From Oikopleura dioica (lineage: Eukaryota > Animalia > Chordata), in the NCBI GenBank assembly GCA_907165135.1, contig OU015567.1:8494001-8558000 (forward strand): a stretch of DNA of 64,000 bases. Direction: 5' to 3'. The translations under genes were made by a program, and so were the position numbers. This document shows positions 44,009-57,400 of the stretch, in pieces. The notes beneath the pieces were generated by a model that saw nothing but the letters and a program-made list of their open reading frames with translations, had not been told where the DNA came from and searched no databases. The stretch's first letter is position 1, and every line of letters starts with the position of its first letter.

Positions 44009-44805
44009 GTGCGAATATTTCTCTTCGTTCTATATTTTCATGGGCGGCGGTTGTGCCGAAGTCATTGGCGCCCTGTTCGTGTGTGACGAGTTCTCGGAAG
44101 GCTCTTCTTCTCTCTTTCAAATTGCTCTTTCCACCTTCTTCTCTGGAACAAGGAGAACAGTGTCCGTCACGTGGAAACAAACTCGGCAAAGGCCGAAATT
44201 TGGAGGGCAGCCCACTTTCGCCCTTGGCGCTTTGAGCCAGTCGAAGCGATTTTGAGAAAAACGTGAAAATACTCGCAGGCAGGTGCCGACTTACTGCACT
44301 CGTGGGAAAATACAACAGAAGATATAATTCTATTTTATATTTTAATCACTAAGCGGCTTATTTAGGTCCCTCAGTCAAGTAAGAATGTAATCCGCTATAA
44401 ATCTATTTCTTTTAATCTCTTCAAGAAAAAGTTTGTTGGAGAAATATTTTTTGAAAAAAATATGAAGGGTAGGTCCTTAATTTCGATATAAAAAAGATCA
44501 CCTTGTCGCCTAAAATATTTTCTCTTCACAATTTTAATCACTAAAAGAAAGAATTTTTAAGAATTTTGACTCAATTCATCAAAATTTTCTTTGAATAAAA
44601 TTAATTCATTAATTTATAATGGAAAGAAAAAAGCTGATCTTGGTTGATATTTGATTTTTCGCGGAACATTCCGCGAACGGTCCCGGTTGTTGGCGTCGCG
44701 GTTCTCGGAAGGCATTGGCCCCGAAGGCGTTCAGATTCCGCGAAAACCGCACCGCTGCGACGCTCCCGACTTTTCCAAAAAAAACGCATCTTTCAAAGAT
44801 TATTT

Positions 44806-46726
44806 TTATTTATTATTATTCTCAGTACTTGTGTCTTTGGATGAATTTTTGCTTTTGAAAAATTTCATCACAGATCTTCTCTTTGTTTTCTTCGATTTTC
44901 CAACAGTGACGAAGGTTGAAGCCGGGGACGAAGGATCTTCGGGAGTTTCTTTTGGGCTTGGAGAAGTTAAACCGAGTTCTGAGGCGTCGAAATTGAGGTC
45001 GATGTTGAGAGGTACTACTGCTCGCGCGCGGGGCTTTTGATCTTTGAGGGAGGCAACACATTCGTCTGGCGTTTCGGGGTCTGAGTCGATGTGGTTGCTC
45101 GAGAGCACTACTTCGTCCAGCTTTCTCATCAGTTCATCCGACAACGATTGCCCCTGTTTGTAGAATATATCATCACAGTAGGCGTAAATCTTATATTTAC
45201 CTGTTTTATCAATTGATATTGTTCCCTTGCTTCCCTTATTTTCGCCATAAAACTGGAGCAATTTTCCTCAGTCGGAAAACTTATCGTCAAGCTCTGCTCA
45301 GGGCATCCATAAGGACCCACACTAACAAGAGTTATTTTCACCTGGTCGAATACGATCGGATAGAGCGTATCTGAAAATAAAAGTAAAAAAACCCATCGAA
45401 GCATTCATTTTACCGATTTTTAGAGGCGGAAAACAGAGAAATAGCTTCTTGACTTTCGACGATTTAACTGATGATTCTTGCGCAGTAAAGACCAAAAGAC
45501 AATCGGTCAAAATCTTCGTTAGTATTTTTTCCTTTTTGGGCAACAACAAGGTGACATCATCCCGCTCATCAAGGACCATTCGTTTTTGACCCTTCACTTG
45601 GCTTCCTGGAATCTCGCTAAAGGCATCAAAACCTTTTGCCGAGTAGAGAAGCATTTCGTTTCGGACAGTAGAGGTGTTCGGCGTCTAAAATTTGATTAAT
45701 AGAAGGACCCCCGGTAGACTTACTTTAATATAAAAGTCAAAATTGTTTCCAATGTACTGTTTGTTCAATTCCGACAATTTGACCCTGTTGTTTAGCCATC
45801 TGCAAAGAGCATCCGCTTTCTTGTGAACCTCTTCGAGTTTTTTCTTCGATTCTCCATCGTCATCGCAATATTTGATGATTGGGGTCAGCAACAGACCGTA
45901 TCTGGTAATTCTTTGATGAGGCGAGCAAAGGATCGATTCTAACGAGCCAAACATCACTCCGAGCGTCGCTCGTTGCTTTTCGCAAAGTTTGAGAAACTCT
46001 TTGAAAAGAAGATTTGTCTCTTCTTTTTCTCGTGCGTAATGCATCGCTTCCGATGCGCCGGAAAGGTATTTCAAATACGGTTTTTGCAGCCGCTCGCTCA
46101 GGCCATCATAAATCTCCAAAACTTGTGCTGCGTTCAGTGCTTTGCCAGAAGATTCAATATCCTTGATGATTGGGAGGAGGGTAGATTTCCACTCGTGCAG
46201 ATGTATTTGATAGAGCTCTTTGAGATTCAGCAACAGTTTGGCTATTTCCACGTCGATTAGGAGCCCTTGTTGTTGAATGTCGATCAAGAAGCCTTCAAAG
46301 TGCTCTCAAATGTATAGGCCTTTTGAAAGTTAGTTTCAGATAAGGGCTGGGGTTATACGAGAGCCTTATCCTATGTAGCAATCGAGTCCCATCTTCAGAT
46401 TCAAGATATAAACCCGCTCAGTCGTGAAAATTTCCCAAATCGCTTCCTGGAACGATTTGTTTCTTTTCTCCAATTGAGCCGCATCTTTGATGATTTCCTT
46501 CCAGTGCTTTGGCAGTGTCAGTAATTCAAGAGCTAAAATATTCAAAAGGTCAAATTTCGATCGAGAAAGTGAAAATTACCTTTTTCGTCGATGACAGATT
46601 GCTTCGTTCCCATTATTTCAGGCGGGAGTTTCGGAAAACCATTTCTATTTTTTAAAATTAGCACTTTTATCCCTAGTTTGTTTTTTACCTAGTGTAGCCT
46701 TGAAAAATCTCTTCAAGCTGCTCCAT
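44806..46726 (-). CDS. DH-PH Rho guanine nucleotide exchange factor (PLEKHG-like); ends approximate
   Basis: QEAIWEIFTTERVYILNL, PYLKYL, LESILCSPHQRITRYGLLLTPIIKY (DH); LTDCLLVFTA and LTISFPTEENCSSFMAKIREA (PH). Confidence 0.85.
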
Positions 46727-47355
46727 CTTTTCAGCTAAAAAACAAAAGGCTATAACTGAGAATTCTCAATTTCAAGTGAAGATGTTTTACAATCAAACGC
46801 CTAGAGCCAAAGCTAAACAAGCCCAGCACGACAATAACTACCACTTACACAAAGAGTGGTTAAACACACTCGTATTTAGTTGTAACATCGACAATTAATT
46901 TAAATTAATCGCAAAAATAAAACGAAAGAAAAGAGTTCTTTCTCTTTTGAAATAATTGACTAAGAGAGATGTTATCTTTTACCATCTATTGACGCTTGGC
47001 TGACCATTTTGAATATTTTTATATCCATATTTTTGTTGTTTTATTTCAGCCTTCTCTTCTTTGTAAAACAAAGATATACAAAAAGAATAAATATGGGAAG
47101 CAAAATCGATTGCGATTCATGTCAAGCGTTTGTCTTGTCACTTTCCTGGCATTTTATTATTACAATATTCGTTTGAAATATACTCGCTTTATAACCTAAT
47201 GATAACTTACATTTTACTAAAAAACGATTTGAACTTGGCTTTTTATATGAATGATTATTCGCCCCTGCCGCGGGGCAAATTCCACTTTTTTGGTGGAGGA
47301 GGACTCACCATTTTTCTCCTGACCACCAGAGCTAGAAAATATAACTCAGAGAAAA

Positions 47356-48267
47356 ATGGACGTTCCTCTTGGCTGGAACAAAGGAAAAAGCGTGACACTT
47401 GGCGCGACTGGAGTTATTCTCGGTCTTGCTGGGTCGATTTGCGCCTTCATCGCCTTTCTCAGTCAGAGCTGGTTGAATATTCCAACGCAGATAACTGAAG
47501 TCGAAGGAGCGGAACAAGGCGTAAGCGTTACGAATTTACTAGAATCGGAAGAGCGGCCGGATGCAGGAAACTACGGTCTCTGGTTCGTCAATAGCAGTCC
47601 CGACGTTCCGCTTTCTCTTTCAAAGCGATTCTACAATTGCAATGCCATTCCTTTCTCAGGTAAATAGACGAACTGAAATTGGGTTAACAAGGATCATAGT
47701 TTGTATGTATACTCGCGCGGGATTATTCTCCTCTTGCGTCCTCATCGTTCCCGCAATGCTCCTCGCTCTCCTTGCCGCCGCCGTTTTAGTCAGCAGAGGT
47801 CAACTTCAAACAACTGGAACTCTCGCTCGCGCCTCTAGGTATAAAAGGAAAGGGTAAACTTGACGATAACTTTTGCTTTTCTAGTGGTATGTTTTTGCTT
47901 TCATGCGTTGGTTGTACAGCTGGAATGCTGACTTTCACGCTCCAGCAAAGTATTTGCATTTCCACTTGCCCTCCTGAACACGAATACTATCCGCTTGTCT
48001 CCAACAACGAAGCCACCCTTGGTAACGAGCTCTAACTATTCCGATCTCTAACTCTTCTCCCTAGGCTACGCATTCTATCTTGGCTGGATCTCCTCCGGCC
48101 TGCTCCTTATGGCCGCTTCCGCATTATTAGCCCTCTCTTGCGAAGCTCAGACGCAGATTTCTCACTGTAACTCGGCCTTCAATATGGCCATTGAAAATCC
48201 AATGATGCGCGCTCAGCCACAAATTGGCGAAAGTCAAATGCTTACTGAATACTCCGGCAAAGTCTAG
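47356..48267 (+). CDS. Claudin/PMP-22 superfamily four-TM protein, multi-exon
   Basis: TM1 followed by SWL...NYGLW, three further hydrophobic segments, and LGYAFYLGW; stop at 48267. Confidence 0.7.
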
Positions 48268-48660
48268 CTTGTAAAAAACAACATTCCAAAATTCTAAACC
48301 CAGCACATTTTAATAAAAGTTGATAATTTTCACAAAAAGCGTATTTTTTATTCAAACATATATTCGCAAGTAGAAAGGAGAGGGTTAACGTGATAATCAT
48401 GGCATTGTAGAAAGAATCACCTTCTGGCGATTTTTCTTATCTGGTGTTCTGTTTGCAAGGTTAACGAGAAGGGGATATGAATTTGGAGAGATTATGGGCA
48501 GGGCGAGGGAATCTCACTGAGAGACATGATCTTTGGCTCGTACACTGAGTAGTTGTGGATTTCATCTCTGTCAGTTCTATAAAACATGAGAGCGAAGATA
48601 AATAATTGTATTAGTACCTGAGTTTTTGTTTGGTAATCTGCATATGTTGGAAGACTCGAG

Positions 48661-50838
48661 CTACGTGTCTTTGATTAGGTGAAAAAATTGGGCAAAAATT
48701 CCGAGTCCGAATCGCGCACGCTCAAAATCGTTTCACCGTTCCTTTGAAAATCGACTGTATAATTGACCTGCTTGATCATTTTTAGAAGCACTGTAGAAGC
48801 CATTTTCTTAAAAAATTCTCATATTTTGAAATCGAAATTGACGGCATACCAGAAGTCTTTGTAGAACGGGTCGGTCAGAAAACGCCACATTTTCATCCTC
48901 CAGATCGACGGACAGGAAAATTATCGCCATGATGAGAGGAAACTCTCGCATGTTTGATCCTTGCGTGAAAATGCTGAAGATAATCAGCTTGATGTCGCTA
49001 AAATTCGAATGACAAACGTAAGGATGAGTTACCAATACTTCAAAAGACTTGTCGGGACTCCGATTTCATTGTAGAAATCTACTGTTATATCCTCGCCGGT
49101 CAATTCGATGTGCGAATAATCCGTTGTGTTCGTGACCTTTTTCAGTGATTCCGACTATTCGATAATTTAACGCTTGAACGCATAAATATATATTTCTGTC
49201 AGGCCTTAGGGTGGACATCGGGGGCGTAGCCCCTTTGGTTAGGGTTAGGGTACAAATATTCGAATGATTCGAATCGAATCTGTATCACTTTCCGAGACAC
49301 CTCTAAGAACTTTGACGGCAAACCAGGATTTCGAAACAATTGTCTACAAAAAGAGGAAACTCAATTGTACTCAAGAATTTTCTTACATTCTTTGTCGACT
49401 CTGCCATGTCTTGAAAGCCGGGGATGTAGTCGATAAGGTATTTCAGACAAGTCTTGTGTAAGGAAAGAAAGTTCTTGTAAATCATCAGTTTTCCCAGTCG
49501 ATGATTTACATTCATTGCTTCTGTGATCTTCTTTTTCATGCTACAAAAGTGTTGAGAACAAACTAAAGTAAAAAATAATTACCTGAGTGATCGATCAATG
49601 ACCAGACTGGACATTTCTTTTCGAAGAAAATCAACTGGATTTGACCGCTCAGAAAGACATGAGTCCAAATAGCAGTTGTCCGGGATGATACCTTTCATAA
49701 AACAATAAAAAACTTGATGGTCAAAATTTTAAGAACCTTTCACATACGCTTCCCAAACATTCGAGAGCGAGACAAAAAAGTGCTCCTCGTAAGGGTCTAG
49801 CATCTTTTTAAGGATCTTCATATGATAATTTTTAGATAAGGCTCTATTGATATATAATTGAATTACCGCGTATATATATGTCTATTATAGTATATGATAT
49901 ATCATGTATTCTATATAAATGAATTTGAGTGATTGAAGATTTTTTCAATCCTTGACTGTTGCTCAAGAATTCGCGTGTCAATAAACTGTTGTCGTTTAGT
50001 GACGAGTACTGGTTTTATAACTATGATTCGTTTAGTTTGATCTTTATTAAAATTATTTGTCCAGGAACCCCCTAAATTAAAAATGGGAAATAATGTAGGG
50101 TCCGTTTTTAAATAGAGAAAAAAATCAGAAAATATGAACATGAGCTGGCAAATGAGATTCTGTCAAGTCCGGAGCTTGTCGCAGAGCTAGAGCATGGATT
50201 TGAAATTGATAGGATTTCTTTGCGATAAGAACCATTCTTCATAAAGTCCGAAAACCGCCCAGCACCCAAAAGATCAGTTACAAAACCATTCCTTGAAGGG
50301 TGTCTTCTGAGAATCGATTACTTTCTTCGGCAGTGTTCGGGGAGCTGCTCGGAGAACTTTGCGCGTTTGTGCTATCTGAACAAGTTTTCTTTTTGAGAAA
50401 CTTGTATCGCAAAATTTTTGAACCGAAGATGTCATTAGGCTAACCTATCGAGTCGCTTCTAAAATTGTTTGAAGCTCGCTTTGAGCAATTCTTTTTCACA
50501 GCCATTCCAGCGGCTTTACATGCCTAAAATTACGATTATTCTAAGGCATCTTTCATTCAAAAGATCTTGCCTTGAAGCGACAACTCCTACAGGCCCTCCT
50601 GCATTTGATACAGTCTGTTTCTTCGATGCAATTTTGCTTTCCGTTCGTCGAATTGCAGAAATATGTGATTCCCTCAAAAGTGACGCGCCGAAAGAAATAC
50701 ATGCAGCTTTTACAACTTCGCCCGCCATAAAGAAGGCCTGGATTCTTCTCTCCGCAAATTTGGCAATACTAAAGGCAGCAAGAATCAGCGAAGCCGAATG
50801 AAAAGAAGATTTACCAGAATTTCATTTTCTTTCATCAT
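48661..50838 (-). CDS. Divergent nuclear hormone receptor (C4 DBD plus LBD), many small exons; 3' end approximate (48470-48661)
   Basis: Exon 50768-50571 translates YCQICGEKNPGLLYGGRSCKSCMYFFRRVTFEGITYFCNSTNGKQNCIEETDCIKCRRACRSCRFK, then ACKAAGM. LBD-like KYLIDYIPGFQDMAESTKNTIVSKSW and LIMAIIFLSVD follow. Confidence 0.85.
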
Positions 50839-51327
50839 TTTGATTCCTATTCTGAGGCAAGAATGACTGCATTCTTTTCTTTTCCCCAAAATTATCTAAA
50901 AGGTACATTTCGTTTTTATGCTGACTTTTGATTTAACCTCGGAACCGCCGTTCTGTGGATCTTCTGGCATTATCACTCTCTATTACAAAATTATTATAAT
51001 GATGCCTTTTTTCAACAAAAAGTTGGTTGATACATTTTCAAAACGTAATCAAGTCCTCAAAATCGATGAGAGACACGCCTCGCGAGCGCCTTCGTAAATA
51101 CCATACTATCTTCTCAATCAACAATTTACAAAGATATGTACATTTTCTGATAGGCATTCAAGCATGTCCGTCGCGTGAGTGACGATTTCTTTTTCCTTGA
51201 GGATAGATTTATTGTTGGTTTATTCAAAAGTATCCAATACATTTTAGTGACTACAAGTGTTATAATCAGTATAACTCGACTTTCTTCAAATCGATAATTT
51301 AAAAAATTTAATCTTTTTGGAAACAAT

Positions 51328-52149
51328 TTATTTGACGATTTGGTGAACAATCTGGCTGTTAAGAAGCTTTGCCCCTTCGAGCGTTTCTCCTGTATCTTCC
51401 AAGAGCCTCGGCGGAAAACCACTCTTCAGAATGAAATTGGAGGAGAAACCATCACGGTGACCAACGTAGAGGAAAATGTCGCAAATGTGGTGATCGTTGT
51501 TGAACTCTTCAAAAATATTTTTGTTTAGTTATTCTAGTTTTTAAAGGTTTACCTTGCACGTGCTTTGATCCATCGTGAAAGCGAAATTGAATTTTTGTTC
51601 TTGGCTTTGTTGGATCAACTTGAATCGGGTTCGGAAATGTTTCCTCCGCCGCTTGAGGAATATTGAAAGCTTCTGGTGGGGGAGTTTGCCATTCTTCTCC
51701 GCCCAATCTATTTCCAGCGCCAGTAAAGGTCTCAACGCGGCCGATTTGGCTGAGAACTCGCTCCAATTTTGTCATGTCCGCTCCTTCGAATCTGTGCTCT
51801 CGCAGTTCTTTTCCGCCTTTGTAGAAAACGAACGTCGGGAGAGCTCGGATTCCATGTGAGTCGGCGACTTCGCTTCCGTCTCCTCGAGTGTCGCATTTGA
51901 AAAACTTGAGGATTAATTGTCTTCCTTGATTTCAAAGAGTCAATACCTTGATGTTTGGGTACGCGTTGCTGAGACTTTCGTACTCAGGGGCGATTCTCTT
52001 GCAGGGACCGCAGAATTGAGCCCAAAAGTCAATGACAGCAGGACTGAAATAAAGTCCCTTTAAAAAGAAATTATTATATAGAGAAAGAATTACCCGTTTC
52101 CAAGCTCTCTCAGAAAATGCTCCGGGGACTCGATGTTTATAACTCCCAT
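51328..52149 (-). CDS. Thioredoxin (CGPC) - SHP box - UBX domain fusion protein
   Basis: Spliced reading MGVINIESPEHF...VIDFWAQFCGPCKRIAPEYESLS...IRALPTFVFYKGGKEL...FEGAD, then FTGAGNRLGG, then TKIQFRFHDGSKHVQEFNNDHHICDIFLYV...FILKSGFPPRLL...LEGAKLLNSQIVHQ; stop at 51328. Confidence 0.85.
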
Positions 52150-52488
52150 TTTTCAAGTTCTCTTTTTAAAATGGACCAGTTTAAAATTGGTCAATTTGAA
52201 CAATGAGCAACGGCAAAAAGATGACGATGAATCCGCCTCTCTTGAATGATGCCGACTCGCTTCAACAATTACCGAATCTTGCCTTTGATTTGCCCAAGGT
52301 TCTTTTACGACTTTCATCATTCATAATTGTCATCGTAGGGACTCCCTACTAGGGAGGAACAGAATCCAAGAATTTTTGACATAACAAGGTTCTTATGAAA
52401 TAAACGTATTTGAAATTATACAAAGAGAACGACATTTTTGTAAAAATATTTTATTACTAGAAGCAAGAAGAAAGAAGAAAAGATATAT

Positions 52489-53783
52489 TTACAGTTTCTG
52501 TGACCAATCTGACATCGAAGTTGCTCCCTTCATCAAGAAATCGGCCATCGTTGATCCCATACTGAATCTTGGGTCTCTAATCTGTCATAAATAGAGATTA
52601 TTTTTGTAATCACTACGATAAAATTATGTGAATCCTATTATATGATCGTTTTAAGACCCTTTACAAAGGTCAGAATAGCAGCATTGTCGACAAACTGAAG
52701 GCTTTCCAGCACCAAGTGAACCTAATCTGCATTGATAGTTTGCCGGTCGATTATGCTAGAATCTTTTAGTTGGGAAGGTAAAAATCTTTTGTTACCGGGA
52801 AATTTTGTTCCTTTTCATTTTCACAAACATCTTTTGCCTTGCATCCCATCTCTACTGCCTCGAGCTCCCAGTTCCTCTTTCGAACAGTAGTGAAGCAACT
52901 CTGCTCGTTGCTCAGGCATTTGACCGCTTTTCCTTGATTCGCGCATTTTGCCCAGCTTGATGCGTGACATGTCCAGCATGTCAATCCGGAAAATTGAGAA
53001 TCTGGGATTCCATCTCCGTCTTCGTCCATGTTCAAGTTGTAGTTTCCTTGATTTTGTTATTTTTTCCGAGAGAAGATGGCCTATTTACCTGCATCAACGT
53101 TCGAGTCATTGTTGTCAATGAGCATTCCGTATTGGTCTCCAGGGTTGTTTCCGTAGTAAGTATAATTTCCTCCCAAGGTTGATGTAGGGTCGTAAACTGT
53201 TTTTGTCCAGCTAGATGTGGTCGTTGACGTTGTTGTTGTAACTGTAGTGGTTGTTGGCTCAGTCGTTGTTGTTTGTGTTATTGTTGTTGGCGCTCTTGAA
53301 TGGATTAAAATAATGAAGAATTTTTGATAAAACTAACCCATACGCGTCTGTTGTGATTACTTCCCCGGTTGTCGTTGTTGTATCAAGTGTTGTATCGGCA
53401 ATTGTTGTATCGGCAATTGTTGTATAACTCCCATCATTGTAAGCACCAGTTGTAGCAGTTGAAGCAGTACTTGTTTCAGCAGAAGTTGCTGTCGTCGAAG
53501 TCGTAGTGACAGCTGTAGTTGTCGAGGTTGATGTCGTCGTTGTTGTCGTCGAAGTTGTTGTGTATACCGTTGTTGTTGTCGCTTCCGAAGTTGTTGGAGC
53601 CTCAGTCGTTGTAGTTTGGTATTGGTTCTTCTTCTTCTTCTTGTTTCTGTTCTTTCTTCGTCCGAAATCGACATCGTTGATTCCGACTGGTCTGTCATCT
53701 GGGGCTGTTACAGTCGTCCAGGTTGTAGTTTCTTGCGCCGAAGCAACACTCAAAGCAGCCAAAAAGTTAAAAGAGAGTTTCAT
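52489..53783 (-). CDS. Secreted mucin-like Thr-rich protein with C-terminal Cys-rich (Ly6/three-finger-like) domain; candidate house/extracellular protein
   Basis: Signal peptide MKLSFNFLAALSVASA; poly-Thr tracts; LTCWTCHA...C...KC...SCFTTVRKR...MGCKAKDVCENEKEQNF...YQCR...SVCRQCCYSDLC. Confidence 0.8.
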
Positions 53784-54464
53784 TGTTGAAGAATTAAAAA
53801 AGCTCTTGATTCTTTGCTAACTTTCTTGTGCTATTCACAAGATAAGTAAGAATGTGTTTGTGGCTACTGAGGAGATTGAGCTTGGTTATAAGTGGAGCGT
53901 ATTTGCATAACTTGGGTGAATGCGACGAATCGATTCGGAGCGGGTGTTCCGTGATTCCGCCAAACCGACTTAAACCGGACAGCCATGCTCATTACGGATT
54001 CATCTTATGCGTTATGTGGTGCATTTTCCTGAAAGCGAGAAGTGCCTAATTAGCGATATCTGAACTTTATGAACATCTAATCAATCTAACTCTTTGTATT
54101 TGGAATCTACAGGAAGCAGCAATTGAAATGATAGCTGAATAATGGTCACCCTCTTAAAAATGCTAATCTAAAAAGATCACTTCGAGTACTTTTCAATTAT
54201 TGATAAAAAAAAGTCGAACAGCGGCGATGACATTAGTAGCGAAATATTTACGCTGAATTATGAATGATTCCTCGTATGACAGCATTTTATTTATAAAAGA
54301 AGACAGAAACGAGCTCTCTATATCGCTCAAGTTTGATGCTTTTACTGAGACACGCCATCAATTCTAAGCGAGTATTGACAATAGCACTCATTCTGAGAGA
54401 CTTCATCCTTCGTTTTTCCTTTTTTTTTCTCATTCTTATCCGATGTGCTAGACTGCTCTAGCAA

Positions 54465-57400
54465 ATGAGCAAAGAGACGGGCCCAGAAAGAAATAAAAAT
54501 CTACCCTAGTACTAACGAAATCCACAAAAGAAAAATTTCAAGCAATTAAAAATTCATCTTCTGGATCCCAATTTTCAAGCTTTTGGTACTTTCTTGGCTA
54601 CGTTGCTTACCTTATTATTGGCGCCCTGATTTTCATTGTTATTGAAAGTCCAAATGAAGTATGATTTTTTCTTCTTAGAAATTTTTTCTTAACTTTCCAA
54701 GCTGAAAAAATGCGCGGAAAAACGAGCACAATGGAAAGAAGAGCAAGAGACATTTGGAGACATGTACTTTTATACATTTGGCCTGAATGAGAAATTCTGC
54801 TCGGGAGTCAGGAGATACAAAGAGGTAAGAAAGAAGGCAGTCGAACTCGTCACTGCAACTGGAGGACTTCTGCAGGATTCAAATCGAGCACCGAATCCTG
54901 CTTTCAGTTTCATGAATTAGCGATTTGAGATAGCAGCGAATTTTTAAAATGTATCGAAAATTCGATCAATATCTTTTTGATATGAAAACGATAGATGAAA
55001 TGACGAGCTATTTTCAGACAAGTATGGGCCGGTTCGACAAGACTGTTGAGGACATGTTCTTTGAGTGGATGTCTCACGATTGTGACAGCCAGAGCAATAT
55101 TGCCCTTCAAGTAAAAAATACCTATCGAAAATCATAATTCAAATAATATTTCTTACACAGCAAAAGTATGATGAACTCTCGCAATCGTTAAAATTTGAGT
55201 ACGGCAATTTCTTCACGTTTGCACAGAACATCTCCGACCAGAAGAAGAACTTTGATGAGGAGACGATTGTTTTGAAAGGCGATGTACTAAGAAGCATAAT
55301 GCAGAAGTCGACGATGATGGTTGTAAGGTAGGGTCGGCCAAAAAAATTTTTTGATCTCCGATTCTTTCGAAACCAGTTTCAGTGGATTCGCGGTACTCAA
55401 AAACCTTTATAAACCAAAAATTGCTGAGATCCGATGTTCAGGTCTCATTCAAGGGCATTTTTTCCAAAAATTGGGACTTGATTTTGACATACTTCCTTTA
55501 AAAAATTAAATTCGCTATATTTTTAAGGTAAATGATATATTTGATTACACAATGTAATAGAGCAGGGTTCAAAGTATACAGGTCGTGAACAAAAAAGAGA
55601 TAGAAAACTCATGTACCATTTTTACGGAAGGGTGTTTTGTGCCAATAACCCTTTTATTTGGATAACTCAGGTACTCATTCATTCATAAATCAATAAAAAG
55701 AGATGTTTCAATTCCAAATTTTTGCTCATAGGTTAGATTAAACACTTGGAAATAACTTTGCTCTTACAGAATACTAATATGAGTTGGGGAATTTTTTAAA
55801 ATAATTTTTAAATAAAACTACTGGATATTTATGAGAACTTAAAAGTGAAAAAAAAAGTCTTTTAAGAAGACAAAAAAAGGATCAAAGTCTTATGTATATG
55901 TTTGAACGTTGATTAGAAGTTATAAACTAAGTATTGCGTTGGTATCATCAGTGATATTCATGAGAGTCTGATAACAGAGGATCTGTTGGTCGCTATCTGT
56001 ATCATTAATAGGTCTTAAATGACCTTCAGCAGTATAAATGTTCTTTCTAGTCGTTCAAATAACACAAAATGTCTTTTTGAATTATGCTTACATCATCAGA
56101 TGTCCTGCTACTGATACCAAGGTTCTGTAAGGTAATGTCTGTATTAGAAACGCTTATTCAGTGACTTCAAAAATAACATAAAGTAAGTTATAGGGCTAAA
56201 GATGCACGAAATTTCTTTTTGAATAATCCTCAAACTATCAGAAGTCCTCCAACTGATACCTATCATCTGTAAGTAAGTGTCTGTATAAGAAAGGCTTAGT
56301 CAATGACTCCGAAAATTGCATACATTCATTAACAGGGTTGAAGATGCATAAAATGTCTTTGAGAATAATCCTAAAAGTATCAGAAGTCCTCTAACTGATA
56401 CCAATCATCTGTAACTCAGTGTCTGTATTATAAAGGCTTAGTCAATGACTTCAAAACTTGCATACAGTCATTAACAGGGATAAAGATGGACAAAATGTTT
56501 TTTAGAATAATCCTCAAAGTATCAGAAGTCCTCAAACTCATCCCTATCATCTGTAAGACAGTGTCTGTATTAGAATGGCTTAGTCAATGATTTCCATAAT
56601 TGCATACAGTCATTTACAGGATTCAAGATGCACAAAATGTCTTTCAGAATAATCCTCAAAGTATCAGAAGTCCTCAAACTGATACCTATCATCTGTAAGT
56701 CAGTGTCAGTGTCACATGGACTCAGTTAGGTAACGGGCCAAGCCGACCCAAAGGGGAGGCCAGCCTCGTCTTTTGACCTCAGTCAGTTAAGGGGCCAAGC
56801 CGACCCGGAGGGAAGGCGAGCCTCGTTTCTTGGACTCAATTAGGTTAGGAGCCAAGCCGACCCGAAAAGGAGGCCAGCACCGTTTCTTGGATTCAGTAAG
56901 GTACGGGGCCAAGCCGACCCGAAGGGGAGGCCAGCCCCGTTTCTTGGATTCAGTGAGGAACGGGGCCAAGCCGACCCAAAAGGGAGGCCAGCCCCGTTTC
57001 TTGGATTCAGTTAGGTACGGGGCTGCTTGGTCTCTTTCACCCCTTCGCTTACGCTTCGCACAAAATATCAAATTCTCAAAAGCGGAAAAAGCGAAAATGT
57101 GACATTATTTATGATAAGGCAGTTACTTGTCGCTCTATATTATGGCGTCAATAAGAGTCTCAAAACAATTGTGATGTTGAATTCTGAGCACCTTATTTGA
57201 AAGATAAGAGCTTGCGCTCTCTTAGAAGCTTCGGGACCTCAGTTTGAGCCTGATAATTCGGCAAAAAAACAAGTTTTCGGGCTTTTCTTTAGGCGTAAGA
57301 GATGGTCGCCTTTTGTATCAAAAACTTTTGTGAATTTAGCCTTTCATATCGTCGATTTTATAATTATAGAATTTCTCTTAACAAATGGAAATTAAATTTT

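Noticed and set aside
50469-50801. ORF-track proteins 50469-50801 (+) and 50516-50728 (-)
   Set aside because: Wrong frames over the nuclear-receptor DBD exon.
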